From the NCBI GenBank assembly GCA_021821305.1, contig JAKACP010000001.1, positions 748,421-812,420 on the forward strand: DNA of 64,000 nucleotides. Reading direction: 5' to 3'. The notes beneath the pieces are model-generated. The model searched no databases and was not told the DNA's origin. It saw nothing but the letters and a program-made list of their open reading frames with translations. Below are positions 8,862-19,000 of this stretch, in pieces (the stretch's first letter is position 1; every line of letters starts with the position of its first letter). Position numbers and translations under genes: made by a program. The stretch is from a bacterium (GTDB taxonomy: Bacteria > Patescibacteriota > Minisyncoccia > Moranbacterales > UBA1568).

Positions 8862-9773
8862 TCAGAAGAACGATTCCCTCGAGTATCCGCGGCTCTCGAG
8901 ATGCTTCCGGAGCGCCAGCTTCGAGCGGGCGATGCGGCCCTGTGCCACGACAACCGAAATCCCATGCTCGCGGGAGACATCCGCCACGGATTCGTCGCCC
9001 GCACAGCATTCACGTACGATCGAACCCGAAATCGGATTGAGCGATGTCCGTATCGTGTCATCGAGGATCCCGCGCAATTCGGCGCGATACCGCTCCTCCT
9101 CCGGGGACACCCCTTCGTCGGGGAAGAATTCCTCGAGTTCGGAATATTCGCCGCAGTGGTCCGGAACAACGATTGGAGCATTGGACGAGACCGCTTCCGA
9201 CGCGAGACTTCTCAGCCTGATCGCCTTGTCGGCGGTGACGCCGAGCCGATCGGCGATTTCCCGGATACCGGGTCGTCGCATGCTTTCGCGTTCCAAAGCG
9301 GATACGGCCCGAGCATACTTGCCGAGATCCTTCTCGACATTGACGGGATACCGGACGACCCGACCTTCTTCCATCGCCGCCTTCCGCATGGACATCTCTA
9401 TCCATCGATAGGCGTACGTCGAGAGCCGGCTCCCGTACTTTTCCGGATCGAACCGGCCGATCGCCTCGAGGAGACCGACGTTTCCGGCCTGAACGAGGTC
9501 ATGGATCGTCAGCGTGAATATCGGATTCTTTTTGGAAAACGATCGCGCGCATGCGACGACGAGCCGGAGATTCCTGACACAGAGCTCCTGTTTCGCATCC
9601 TCGTCCCCGCGGAACACACGGAAGAGAAGATCGCGTTCCTCCTGCCGGGAGGGCACATCATGACGCTTGATCCGTGACAGATACCACGAGAACGAGTCTT
9701 CGTCCATCGCATCGTTTTTCCCGCTACCGGATGGTCGGTCGTGGTCGCCCCAAGCGTCCATGGCAAATTCCAT
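8862..9773 (-). CDS. Divergent sigma70-family sigma factor (regions 1.2, 2, 3, 4)
   Basis: NLRLVVACARSF, DLVQAGNVGLLEAIGRFDP, STYAYRWI, VRYPV; SD AAAAGGAG. Confidence 0.9.
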   Translation of the reverse strand: MEFAMDAWGDHDRPSGSGKNDAMDEDSFSWYLSRIKRHDVPSRQEERDLLFRVFRGDEDAKQELCVRNLRLVVACARSFSKKNPIFTLTIHDLVQAGNVGLLEAIGRFDPEKYGSRLSTYAYRWIEMSMRKAAMEEGRVVRYPVNVEKDLGKYARAVSALERESMRRPGIREIADRLGVTADKAIRLRSLASEAVSSNAPIVVPDHCGEYSELEEFFPDEGVSPEEERYRAELRGILDDTIRTSLNPISGSIVRECCAGDESVADVSREHGISVVVAQGRIARSKLALRKHLESRGYSRESFF

Positions 9774-9790
9774 CGTATTCTCCTTTTCGA

Positions 9791-9866
9791 TTTTCAAGTG
9801 AACAAAAAACCGCCCCACACGTCAGGGACGGATTCCGAGAGTACCATGGAAACGGGTCCCTGTCAA
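9791..9866 (-). promoter_or_regulatory. Promoter, hairpin plus U-run and boxA-like motif of the sigma gene
   Basis: TTGACA-17-TACTCT with TG extension, CCGTCCC-8-GGGGCGG-TTTTTT, GTTCACTTGAAAA. Confidence 0.7.
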
Positions 9867-9915
9867 TGGCCCGTGAAACCCCTCCGAAAAGCCGAAGGAT
9901 GCGCCTCGGCGCGGC

Positions 9916-12486
9916 TCAAGCCTTCCTCAAGGCTTTCTTCAGGTATCTCCCCGTATGTGATGTCCCGCTCCGCGCCACCTCCTCGGGCGTACCATGCGCC
10001 ACGACCCGGCCGCCGCCGACCCCGCCCTCCGGGCCGATGTCGATCACGTAGTCGGCCGACTTGATGAAATCCATGTTGTGCTCGATGACGAGCACGGTAT
10101 TGCCCTTGGCGACAAGCGTGTCGAGTATCTCGAGGAGCTTCTTCACGTCCTCGTAGTGGAGACCGATGGTCGGCTCGTCGAGGAGGTAGATGGTCCGCTC
10201 CGTATGCTGACGGTAGAGTTCGCTCGCGATCTTGACCCGCTGGGCCTCGCCGCCGGAGAGCGTCGTGGCCGACTGGCCGAGCTCGAGATATCCGAGGCCG
10301 ACCTCATTGAGCGTCTTCAACCGATCGGCGATGGCGGGAATGTCCTTGAAGAAGACGTGCGCCTCCTCGATCGTCATCGACAGGACATCCGCCACATCCC
10401 TGTCCTTGTATTCTATCTCGAGCGTCTCCTTGGTGAACCGTTTTCCCTGGCAGACGTCGCACGGCACGTATACCGTCGGGAGGAAGTGCATCTCGACCGC
10501 GATGAAACCGTTGCCCTCGCAGGTCTCACAGCGTCCGCCGGGACGGTTGAAGGAGAATCGGCCGGCCTTCCACCCGCGCACCCGCGCTTCCTCGGTCGAC
10601 GCGAAGAGATCACGGATATGCGTCCACGCGCCGGTATAGGTCGCCGGATTGGAACGCGGCGTCCGGCCGATCGGGCTCTGGTCGATCAGGACCGCGCGGG
10701 AGAGATACTCCGAACCGGCGAAGCTCGTGCAGTTGAACGTCTCGTTCGAACGATACCGCCGGTCGAAGCGCGCCTGGAGATTCTTGTGCACGATCTCGTA
10801 GAGGAGCGACGATTTGCCCGAACCGGACACCCCGGTGATCACGTCGAACCGTCCGAGCGGGATATCGACGTTCATGTTCTTTATATTGAAGACGGCGCCC
10901 CCGCGGATTTTCAGCTCGCCCTTGTCGCCCGAACGGCGCTTTGGCACCGGTATCGACGTCTCGCCGCGCAGATAGGAGAGCGTCAGCGATTTCGAGACGT
11001 TCTTCGTCGCGGTCAAAAGCTCCTCGAGCCATCCGGACACGACGACCTCGCCGCCATGCACTCCCGCGCCCGGACCGATATCGACAATATAGTCGGAAGC
11101 GAAGATCGTGTCCTCGTCGTGCTCGACGACGATGATGGTGTTGCCGAGGTCGCGCAGGTCGCGCAGGGTCGCGATCAGCCGGTCGTTGTCCCGGCTGTGG
11201 AGACCGATGGTCGGCTCGTCGAGGACATAGAGTGCACCGACGAGCTGACTGCCGAGCTGGGAGGCGAGCCGGATGCGCTGGGCCTCGCCGCCGGAGAGCG
11301 TGTTCGCCCGCCGATCGAGTGTGAGGTAATCGAGGCCCACATTGAGGAGGAACGACAGGCGGTTGCCTATCTCGCGGAAGACGACCGCGGCGATCTGCCG
11401 CTCGCGCTCCGAGAGTTCCAATGTTTCGAAGAAATCATACGCGTCGCGAGTCGTCATCGCGGAAAGCTCGACGATGTTTTTCCCGCCCACCTTCACGTGA
11501 AGCGCTTCCTCGCGGAGCCGGGACCCATGACATACCGGGCACGGTTCGCCGCCGAAGAAGTGCTTGGTCCCGAGACCGTTGCAGGCGGCGCAGGCGCCGT
11601 AGGGCGAGTTGAAGGAAAAGAGACGCGGCTCGATTTCCGGATAGGAAAATCCGTCGTAGGCGCAGGAATATTTCGAGGAGAATATCCGCGGCTTGCCGTC
11701 GAGCACGATCCGCAACAGGCCGTCGCCCTCCTCGAGCGCGCGATCGACCGCCTCGCGGAGCCGTTCGGCGCTGGTCTGCGGGAACTGGTCGAACTCGCGG
11801 ATCGGTATCTCATCGACGATGAGATCGATATCGTGTTTCTTGTTCTTCGAAAGGACGATCTGCTCCCGCAGGCTCTTGCGTTCCCCGTCGAGGAGTATTT
11901 CCGAAAATCCCCTGCCGAGCGCATCGTAGAGCAGCTGGTAATATTCCCCTTTGCGGCCGCGGACGACGGGCGCCGCGAGCAGGATCGTAGCCTTGGCGGG
12001 GCGGCTCTTTTTCGTAGAGAATCCCTTCACCGCGTCTTCCACGAGCCGGAGCATCTCGTCGGGAGCGAGCTTCTCGATCGGCCGGCCGCATTCGAGACAG
12101 TGCGGCTTACCGAGCCGGGCGAAGAGCACGCGCAGATAGTCGTAGATCTCGGTCACCGTGGCGACCGTCGAGCGCGGGTTACGGCTCGCGGATTTCTGAT
12201 CGATGGAGATGGCGGGCGACAGGCCGGCGATCTCATCCACGTCCGGCTTCTGCATGGTATTCAAGAACTGCCGGGCATACGCGGAGAGCGACTCGACATA
12301 CCGGCGCTGTCCCTCGGCGAATATCGTATCGAACGCGAGCGACGACTTCCCGGAACCCGAAAGACCCGTGAACACGATCATGCGGTTCCGGGGCATCTTC
12401 ACGGTGATATTCTTGAGATTGTGCGTCCGGGCTCCCTTGACGACGATCCAGTCGGAGGGGGTCGGCGAGGCTTTTTTCGCGGTCAT
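9916..12486 (-). CDS. uvrA: Excinuclease ABC subunit A (paralog 2, insertion domain absent)
   Basis: GARTHNLKNI, GLSGSGKSSLAFDTIFAEGQRRYVESLS, two LSGGEAQR; CAACNGLG is followed almost directly by CPVCHGSRL. Confidence 0.95.
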   Translation of the reverse strand: MTAKKASPTPSDWIVVKGARTHNLKNITVKMPRNRMIVFTGLSGSGKSSLAFDTIFAEGQRRYVESLSAYARQFLNTMQKPDVDEIAGLSPAISIDQKSASRNPRSTVATVTEIYDYLRVLFARLGKPHCLECGRPIEKLAPDEMLRLVEDAVKGFSTKKSRPAKATILLAAPVVRGRKGEYYQLLYDALGRGFSEILLDGERKSLREQIVLSKNKKHDIDLIVDEIPIREFDQFPQTSAERLREAVDRALEEGDGLLRIVLDGKPRIFSSKYSCAYDGFSYPEIEPRLFSFNSPYGACAACNGLGTKHFFGGEPCPVCHGSRLREEALHVKVGGKNIVELSAMTTRDAYDFFETLELSERERQIAAVVFREIGNRLSFLLNVGLDYLTLDRRANTLSGGEAQRIRLASQLGSQLVGALYVLDEPTIGLHSRDNDRLIATLRDLRDLGNTIIVVEHDEDTIFASDYIVDIGPGAGVHGGEVVVSGWLEELLTATKNVSKSLTLSYLRGETSIPVPKRRSGDKGELKIRGGAVFNIKNMNVDIPLGRFDVITGVSGSGKSSLLYEIVHKNLQARFDRRYRSNETFNCTSFAGSEYLSRAVLIDQSPIGRTPRSNPATYTGAWTHIRDLFASTEEARVRGWKAGRFSFNRPGGRCETCEGNGFIAVEMHFLPTVYVPCDVCQGKRFTKETLEIEYKDRDVADVLSMTIEEAHVFFKDIPAIADRLKTLNEVGLGYLELGQSATTLSGGEAQRVKIASELYRQHTERTIYLLDEPTIGLHYEDVKKLLEILDTLVAKGNTVLVIEHNMDFIKSADYVIDIGPEGGVGGGRVVAHGTPEEVARSGTSHTGRYLKKALRKA

Positions 12487-12611
12487 ATGGTCACGACATT
12501 GTACGGTGCAACGGGCAAAAGGGCAAGGGGCGATCTCCGCCCCGCTCTTGTGCTTTCCGCCGGAAAGCCGTATGTTCATGGTATCGTTCTTTGACGAAGA
12601 AAGGGAAAGCC

Positions 12612-13118
12612 ATGTCGGACGACCTCTATATCCTCGCGGCGACCGCCACGAAACGAAACGGGCTGGTGGTGGAACGGAACATCATCCTCGAATTCATCCT
12701 CGCCGATTCCAAGGAACAGGCGATCAAGCAAGGAGGCCGCCATATCCTCGAACGACGCTTCCCGCCTGCGGTCTGGTGCGACCCGATACTCAGGACGGAA
12801 AGCATCCCCCTCCCCCGCATACAGTGGTACCGGAAAGAGCTCAGGGTCCGTGATGATTCGCTTACGCGGCTCACCTTCCTCTGGGCGTACGCCATCTTCT
12901 ACCACGAATCGTCCTCACTCGAGTGCGGCACGGTCATAGCCCAGACCAAGCAGGCCGCCGAAGAAGGCATCATGCGCGGACCGGGAAAATACACCCGTGG
13001 ACGGAAGGACTTTTCCGTGGAAAAGATCCCCTCGAGGCTCATACTTCCCCGGCCGTCAGGGCATGAGGATCCCGCGGAAACTCTCCGGAAAAAATTCGCC
13101 CTCATGACGGACAAGTGA
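12612..13118 (+). CDS. Hypothetical protein with a possible internal duplication
   Basis: SD-like GAAAAGGGA; ILADSKEQA..ESIP versus VIAQTKQAA..EKIP; terminator follows. Confidence 0.75.
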   Translation: MSDDLYILAATATKRNGLVVERNIILEFILADSKEQAIKQGGRHILERRFPPAVWCDPILRTESIPLPRIQWYRKELRVRDDSLTRLTFLWAYAIFYHESSSLECGTVIAQTKQAAEEGIMRGPGKYTRGRKDFSVEKIPSRLILPRPSGHEDPAETLRKKFALMTDK

Positions 13119-13123
13119 AAGAC

Positions 13124-13160
13124 CCGCCCCGACGAACATTCGTCGGGGCGTTTTTCTTTA
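13124..13160 (+). terminator. Intrinsic terminator
   Basis: CGCCCCGACGAA-CA-TTCGTCGGGGCG followed by TTTTT. Confidence 0.8.
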
Positions 13161-13259
13161 TGATGATACCTGCACCTGACTCGTGGACAAAGCATGACGC
13201 CTCGGCGAAATGTCGAGGCGTCGTGTGTTCGATTCCGAAAATACCGTCCGCACGGTCCC

Positions 13260-14144
13260 CTACTCGTTCGTATCGGTCTCGGTCTCGACGGATGCTCCGA
13301 ATACCGTCCGGAGTTTCGTCCGCGCTTCTTCCGCGGTCTTCCGGAAAGTTTCCATCGCCGACTTGATCGCCGCGTTCTTGGCCGCCGCAAGTGCCTTCAC
13401 ATCCTCACCGATACCGACAACCGACTTCCGGGTATCCTGCAGATCGCCGCGCGCGTCCTTCATGGCATCCATGAAAACGCTCCGGACGGCTTTTGGATCG
13501 GGGTTCTCCCCTTCGCAGGAGCTCTTCGCATCCGCGATCGCCTTGTCATATGCGGTCTTGAAAGACGCCGCGGCATCATCGGCGCCGGTCTTCTTGCCCG
13601 CTACCAGCTTGTCGACTTCGGTACGGAAGGTCGAAAGCGCGGCATCCACCGCGGCGCGACGGGTCGCGACCGCCTGCTCCATCGTGGCTTTGAATTCGGC
13701 TATGGCGGCCCGTTCCGCATCGGTGTCGGCCTTGGCAGAGAGCTCATCATACCATTCCGCCCGCTTGGCATCCTGCTCGGCCCGGGTCTCATCGAGCTTC
13801 GCGTCGCGATTCTTCCGACGCTCATCGGCTTTACCGAAGCGGTCGGAACGCTTTTCCATCGCATTCTGATACCGCTCCGTGAGCCGGTTCTTCTGCTCCT
13901 CCATGTTGGAGACGAATCGGGTACAGAACTGTTGCTGGCGCTCATCCTGCGCCTCCTCGCGCTTCTGTACCATCTCGGCCTTGCGCTCCTCCATCGCCGC
14001 CTGACGATTTTCTATCTTTTCTTTCGCCTGTTCGGCGCGATCCTTCGCTTCAGGCCAGAGTGCCGACGCCGGCGAGACGGCCACGCCGAACACCGCCACG
14101 GCGGAAATGATCGAGACGAAACCCTTAGTATGTGCTCTCATCAT
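13260..14144 (-). CDS. Secreted alpha-helical coiled-coil protein
   Basis: Signal peptide ending ASA, Ala/Glu/Lys/Arg-rich helices. Confidence 0.85.
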   Translation of the reverse strand: MMRAHTKGFVSIISAVAVFGVAVSPASALWPEAKDRAEQAKEKIENRQAAMEERKAEMVQKREEAQDERQQQFCTRFVSNMEEQKNRLTERYQNAMEKRSDRFGKADERRKNRDAKLDETRAEQDAKRAEWYDELSAKADTDAERAAIAEFKATMEQAVATRRAAVDAALSTFRTEVDKLVAGKKTGADDAAASFKTAYDKAIADAKSSCEGENPDPKAVRSVFMDAMKDARGDLQDTRKSVVGIGEDVKALAAAKNAAIKSAMETFRKTAEEARTKLRTVFGASVETETDTNE

Positions 14145-14454
14145 ATGTTTCGTTAAGTTCATCAAGCGATTTAACTTCCTCTTCGTTGGCCGCGGCCTCG
14201 GCCGCCACCTCCGTGTCGAACGCCCGCTCCTCGTCGGCGAGCTGGGCGTCGATCGCCAGCATGACGTCTTCCGGTGTCTGTGGTTTGGCGACCACCTCCG
14301 GAACGTTCTGCCCGGGCGCGCTCTTGGGCAGAGGAGCGTTCATCGTCGTAGGCGCGGATGCCGGCTTGGCGGCATATTGCGCGTAGACGACCACGAACAG
14401 TCCGAGCACCGCGACGATACCGAGTCCGGCGATCGCCGATTGCTTGTTATCCAT
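14125..14454 (-). CDS. Small membrane-anchored acidic protein
   Basis: N-terminal TM helix, Pro-rich linker; overlaps the start of the next gene. Confidence 0.8.
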   Translation of the reverse strand: MDNKQSAIAGLGIVAVLGLFVVVYAQYAAKPASAPTTMNAPLPKSAPGQNVPEVVAKPQTPEDVMLAIDAQLADEERAFDTEVAAEAAANEEEVKSLDELNETYDESTY

Positions 14455-14631
14455 ATTGCGTGATGTTTTTGTGGGTTATCCTTCGGTCTCGGGAAGGCCG
14501 ACCATGCTCCCCGCAGACACACCGATTATACCACGTATCCTATTTGACGAAAACGGTCGGAAATGTTTTCATTCCGGCGAGAGGGAAGCCCTCTTTTTTT
14601 GTCCCTGAACAATCGAAAAAAGGAGTCTTGA

Positions 14632-15498
<867 letters not shown>

Positions 15499-15563
15499 AC
15501 CCCGCCCGGCCTCCCATCGCGGAGCCGAATATCTTTTCCGAAACATCCGCAAAAGGAGATACG

Positions 15564-15743
15564 ATGAAAGGCCTCGATATACGGCTGAAAAACGGAAGCG
15601 CGAAAAAAGGACCGGAGGCCACGATACAGGTGGCTCTCAACGGAAAGGTGTTGAAGACGATCGTCGCGGACATCCGCCAGGTGCCAGGTGCGGACGGAAC
15701 GGTCCGTTCCGTCATCAAGCTTATGCGACAGCGACAAAAATGA
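15564..15743 (+). CDS. Small basic protein (59 aa), absent from the ORF track
   Basis: SD AAAAGGAG; MKGLDIRLKNGSAKKGPEATIQVALNGKVLKTIVADIRQVPGADGTVRSVIKLMRQRQK; hairpin plus T-run follows. Confidence 0.7.
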   Translation: MKGLDIRLKNGSAKKGPEATIQVALNGKVLKTIVADIRQVPGADGTVRSVIKLMRQRQK

Positions 15744-15912
15744 ACCACCCTCCCCTGCCAAACGGCAGTGGGAGGATTTTTTTATCACGTGAACGGAAAA
15801 TCCCCGCGAAGAAATTTCAGCGACCGTTCAATTCCGATTGAGGAAGTCGAAATTTTTTTCGCGAGGATTTTCCATCTTTCAGAAAGTCTTCGCTTGTGCG
15901 AATATTTCCAGG

Positions 15913-17943
15913 TCACTTCTTTTTCGCGGATCCCGAACGCCGTTCCTCGAGCGCGCGAATCTCGTCTCGCAGGATCGCGGCCGTCTCGAAATCGAGGAGT
16001 TTCACCGCCGCCTTCATCTCCCGTTCCTTCCGCCGGATGACCCGATCGGGATGTTCGGCGAACCCGACCGCGTCGAGCGCGAGGGATACCTTCACCGCCT
16101 TGTCATGTTCGCTCTCGAGCTGTTCGGTGATGTCGTGAATGTTCTTCTCGATCGTGGCCGGCGTGATGCCGTGCTCGGCGTTGTACGCGAGCTGTCTTGT
16201 CCGCCGCCTTGCGGTCTCGCCGATCGCGCGTTCCATGGAGTCGGTCACGGTGTCGGCATAGAGCGTGACGCGTCCCGAGACGTTTCGGGCGGCACGGCCG
16301 ATGATCTGTATGAGCGAAGTCTCGGACCGCAGGAATCCTTCCTTGTCGGCGTCGAGCACGCCGATGAAGGTCACCTCCGGCAGGTCGAGTCCTTCGCGGA
16401 GGAGGTTCACGCCGACGATACAGTCGAACGTACCCTTGCGGAATTCGGTCAGGATCTTGATACGCTCGATGGTCTTGATGTCGCTGTGGAGATATTCCGC
16501 CTTCATGCCCTTTTCCTTGAGGTAGCGCGAGAGGTCCTCGGCCATGCGTTTGGTGAGGGTCGTCGCGATGACGCGGCCGCCTCGGGACACCTCGAGTTCC
16601 GCCTCGCGGATGAAGTCGCCGATCTGGCCCGGGTAAACGCCCGCCTCGCGGATCGGACGGACGGTGATTTCCGGATCGACGAGTCCCGTCGGACGGATCA
16701 CCTGCTCGACGATATTGCCGCTCACCTCACGCTCGTACTCCGCCGGTGTCGCCGAGGTGAAGATCACGCTTCCGACGCGTTCGTCGAATTCCTCGAACCG
16801 CAGCGGCCGGTTGTCGAGCGCGGAAGGCAGGCGGAATCCGTATTCGACGAGGTTCTTCTTGCGGGCCTGGTCGCCCGCGTACATGCCACGGATCTGCGGC
16901 ACCGTCACGTGCGATTCGTCGATGATGGTCAGGAAATCGGGCGTACCGTCGGGGAGGTGCGGGAAATAGTCGAGGAGCGTCTCGGGCGGCGCGCCCGGTT
17001 CGCGGAGGGAGAGCTGGCGGGAATAGTTCTCGATGCCGTTGCAATATCCGATCTCGGCCATCATCGCGAGGTCGTAGTTCGTCCGGCGTTTGAGCCGCTC
17101 CGCTTCGAGCGGCTTGCCCTCGCCCGCGAATTTCGCGAGCTGTTCCTCGAGTTCGGCGCGGATGTTCGCGATCGCGGTCTCCTGTTTCGCCTTGTCGGTG
17201 ATGAAGTGCTTGGCCGGAAAGAGGAATATCGCGGGAGGGGTGCCGAGGATCTTCTGCGTGACCGGATCGATCTTGGTGATGGCACCGAGCGTCTCTCCCG
17301 AAATCTCGAGGAGGTAGACGGACTTCTCGGATATCGGCATGACCTCGACGCGGTTGCCGATGGCCCGGAACGTCCCCGGGGCGAGGTCCGCGTTCGTCCG
17401 CTCGAAGAAGATGGAGACCAGGGAACGGAGGAGCTCCGTCCGCGAACACCGCGCCCCGACCTCGAGCCTGAGGTTCTCCTTCTCGTATTCCGCGGGACTG
17501 CCGAGCCCGTAGATGCACGAGACCGACGCGACGATGATCGTGTCGCGACGGGTGAGGAGCGACTGCGTCGACGCGTGCCGCAGGCGGTCGATCTCGGCGT
17601 TGATCTGCGCGTCCTTCTCGATGTAGGTGTCGGTGATCGGCATGTACGCTTCCGGCTGGTAGTAGTCGTAGTAGGAGACGAAATAGTGCACGGCGTTGTC
17701 CGGGAAGAACGCCTGGTACTCCTGCGCGAGCTGTGCGGCGAGCGTCTTGTTGTGCGCGATGACGAGCGTCGGCTTGCCATGGGCGGCGATGACGTTGGCC
17801 GCGGTGAACGTCTTGCCGGAGCCGGTCACGCCGAGGAGCGTCTGGCGTGGCACACCGCGGGATAGCCCGTCCAAGAGGGAGGCGATAGCGACCGGCTGAT
17901 CGCCGGCAGGCTCATATGGGGACTGAAGGTTGAAGACGGACAT
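15913..17943 (-). CDS. uvrB: Excinuclease ABC subunit B
   Basis: GDQP, GVTGSGKT, YYDYYQPEAY, DESH, NLLREGLDLPEV, GRAARN, C-terminal UVR. Confidence 0.97.
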   Translation of the reverse strand: MSVFNLQSPYEPAGDQPVAIASLLDGLSRGVPRQTLLGVTGSGKTFTAANVIAAHGKPTLVIAHNKTLAAQLAQEYQAFFPDNAVHYFVSYYDYYQPEAYMPITDTYIEKDAQINAEIDRLRHASTQSLLTRRDTIIVASVSCIYGLGSPAEYEKENLRLEVGARCSRTELLRSLVSIFFERTNADLAPGTFRAIGNRVEVMPISEKSVYLLEISGETLGAITKIDPVTQKILGTPPAIFLFPAKHFITDKAKQETAIANIRAELEEQLAKFAGEGKPLEAERLKRRTNYDLAMMAEIGYCNGIENYSRQLSLREPGAPPETLLDYFPHLPDGTPDFLTIIDESHVTVPQIRGMYAGDQARKKNLVEYGFRLPSALDNRPLRFEEFDERVGSVIFTSATPAEYEREVSGNIVEQVIRPTGLVDPEITVRPIREAGVYPGQIGDFIREAELEVSRGGRVIATTLTKRMAEDLSRYLKEKGMKAEYLHSDIKTIERIKILTEFRKGTFDCIVGVNLLREGLDLPEVTFIGVLDADKEGFLRSETSLIQIIGRAARNVSGRVTLYADTVTDSMERAIGETARRRTRQLAYNAEHGITPATIEKNIHDITEQLESEHDKAVKVSLALDAVGFAEHPDRVIRRKEREMKAAVKLLDFETAAILRDEIRALEERRSGSAKKK

Positions 17944-17949
17944 ACTTTT

Positions 17950-18062
17950 ATAGAGACACAAAACACGGAACACAAACATCCAAACCAACTGAAGTTAATC
18001 CTTTTAATTTTTTGTTTTTGGTTTTGTTTGGCTTTTTGCGCTTTGGGTTTTGTGTTTTCTTG
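17950..18062. repeat. A/C-rich : G/T-rich imperfect inverted repeat, copy 1
   Basis: CACAAAACACGGAACACAAACATCCAAA ... TTTGGCTTTTTGCGCTTTGGGTTTTGTGTTTTC; shares arms with 51141-51268. Confidence 0.75.
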
Positions 18063-18744
18063 AAAAGACTCTTCCGCACCGTCCCTGACACCACTGCCAC
18101 AGCCATATCCCCCGCTTGCGATGATACCAGAGCAGGAACAGGAGGGCGACGAACGAGACGGCGATCGTGATATCGGCATAGTACTTGAGCCCGATCACGG
18201 TATGGAAGAATTTCCGCAGGGCGACGATGCCAGTATACCCGATGAGGAGATAGACGAAGTCCTTGAGGAAGTTGCCGAGAAAGGTCGCGATGAGGAAGGT
18301 GCGCTTCGACATCTTGATGACGCCGGCGGCGATCGATATCGGCGCGGTCGGGAGGAACGGGACGAGGCGGAGCGAGAAGAGGATCAATCCGTCCTTCCAG
18401 TGACCGGTGAATTTCGCGCCGATGCTCTCGATTCCCGCGTGCGTCACGCCGAAGAACCGCCCGATCTTCCTCACCGCGAAGTCTTCCATCTTGTCCCCGA
18501 GCACGTAGTAGAAGAACGACCCGATGATCTTTCCCGCATTGCCGATGACGGACAACCAGACGAGGAAAAGGAGCGTCTTGGCATCCGCCGCCGCGAGCGA
18601 CCCGGCAAGCCCCATGATGAGGGTCGATGGGATCGGACTGATCACTTCCTCGAGAAACGACCCGATGAACACGAACGCTTCGAGCGGAACCGTCTGGGAA
18701 AACGCTTGGAGCCACGATTCGACGATCGCAAGGATATTCATCAT
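18004..18744 (-). CDS. DedA/VTT family membrane protein
   Basis: EEVISPIPS, LRLVPFLP..ISIAAG motifs, multiple TM segments. Confidence 0.85.
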   Translation of the reverse strand: MMNILAIVESWLQAFSQTVPLEAFVFIGSFLEEVISPIPSTLIMGLAGSLAAADAKTLLFLVWLSVIGNAGKIIGSFFYYVLGDKMEDFAVRKIGRFFGVTHAGIESIGAKFTGHWKDGLILFSLRLVPFLPTAPISIAAGVIKMSKRTFLIATFLGNFLKDFVYLLIGYTGIVALRKFFHTVIGLKYYADITIAVSFVALLFLLWYHRKRGIWLWQWCQGRCGRVFSRKHKTQSAKSQTKPKTKN

Positions 18745-18826
18745 ACCGGACCAGTATACCATGTGCAAGCCGTGCTGTCGGCCCCGCGGTCACGGCGGAA
18801 CTGAGGTGAGGACGGGAAAAATGAAG

Positions 18827-18853
18827 AGCCGCCCGGAATGTTTCCGTGCGGCT
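18827..18853 (-). terminator. Intrinsic terminator downstream of the candidate ncRNA
   Basis: AGCCGCACGGAA-ACA-TTCCGGGCGGCT then CTTCATTTTT on the minus strand. Confidence 0.65.
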
Positions 18854-18858
18854 TTATT

Positions 18859-18965
18859 TGGTTGCAGCGAGAGCCCGTCACCGGCATTATCACGACCTTG
18901 TGAGTCGGATACGGGCCTATTAAGCCCGGTCTAGAACAGTGGATTTCTCCGACACTCGCTGCAAC
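18859..18965 (-). ncRNA. Candidate structured small RNA (~107 nt), family not recognised
   Basis: Perfect 11-bp closing stem GTTGCAGCGAG/CTCGCTGCAAC, begins 7 nt after a consensus -10, internal hairpins, terminator follows. Confidence 0.75.
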
Positions 18966-18971
18966 TGGAAT

Positions 18972-19000
18972 ATTATACCACTTATTTAAATATAAGTCAA
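18972..19000 (-). promoter_or_regulatory. Near-consensus sigma70 promoter
   Basis: TTGACT-17 bp AT-rich spacer-TATAAT with TG extension. Confidence 0.85.

Noticed and set aside
4443-9773. Orphan cluster between uvrC and uvrA as a prophage or island
   Set aside because: No integrase, structural or replication genes, no att repeats seen, and composition similar to flanks
18859-18965. Candidate RNA as a tRNA, SRP RNA, 5S rRNA or RNase P RNA
   Set aside because: No TTCG T-loop or cloverleaf, no SRP domain IV motif, no 5S CCGAAC loop, far too short for RNase P RNA
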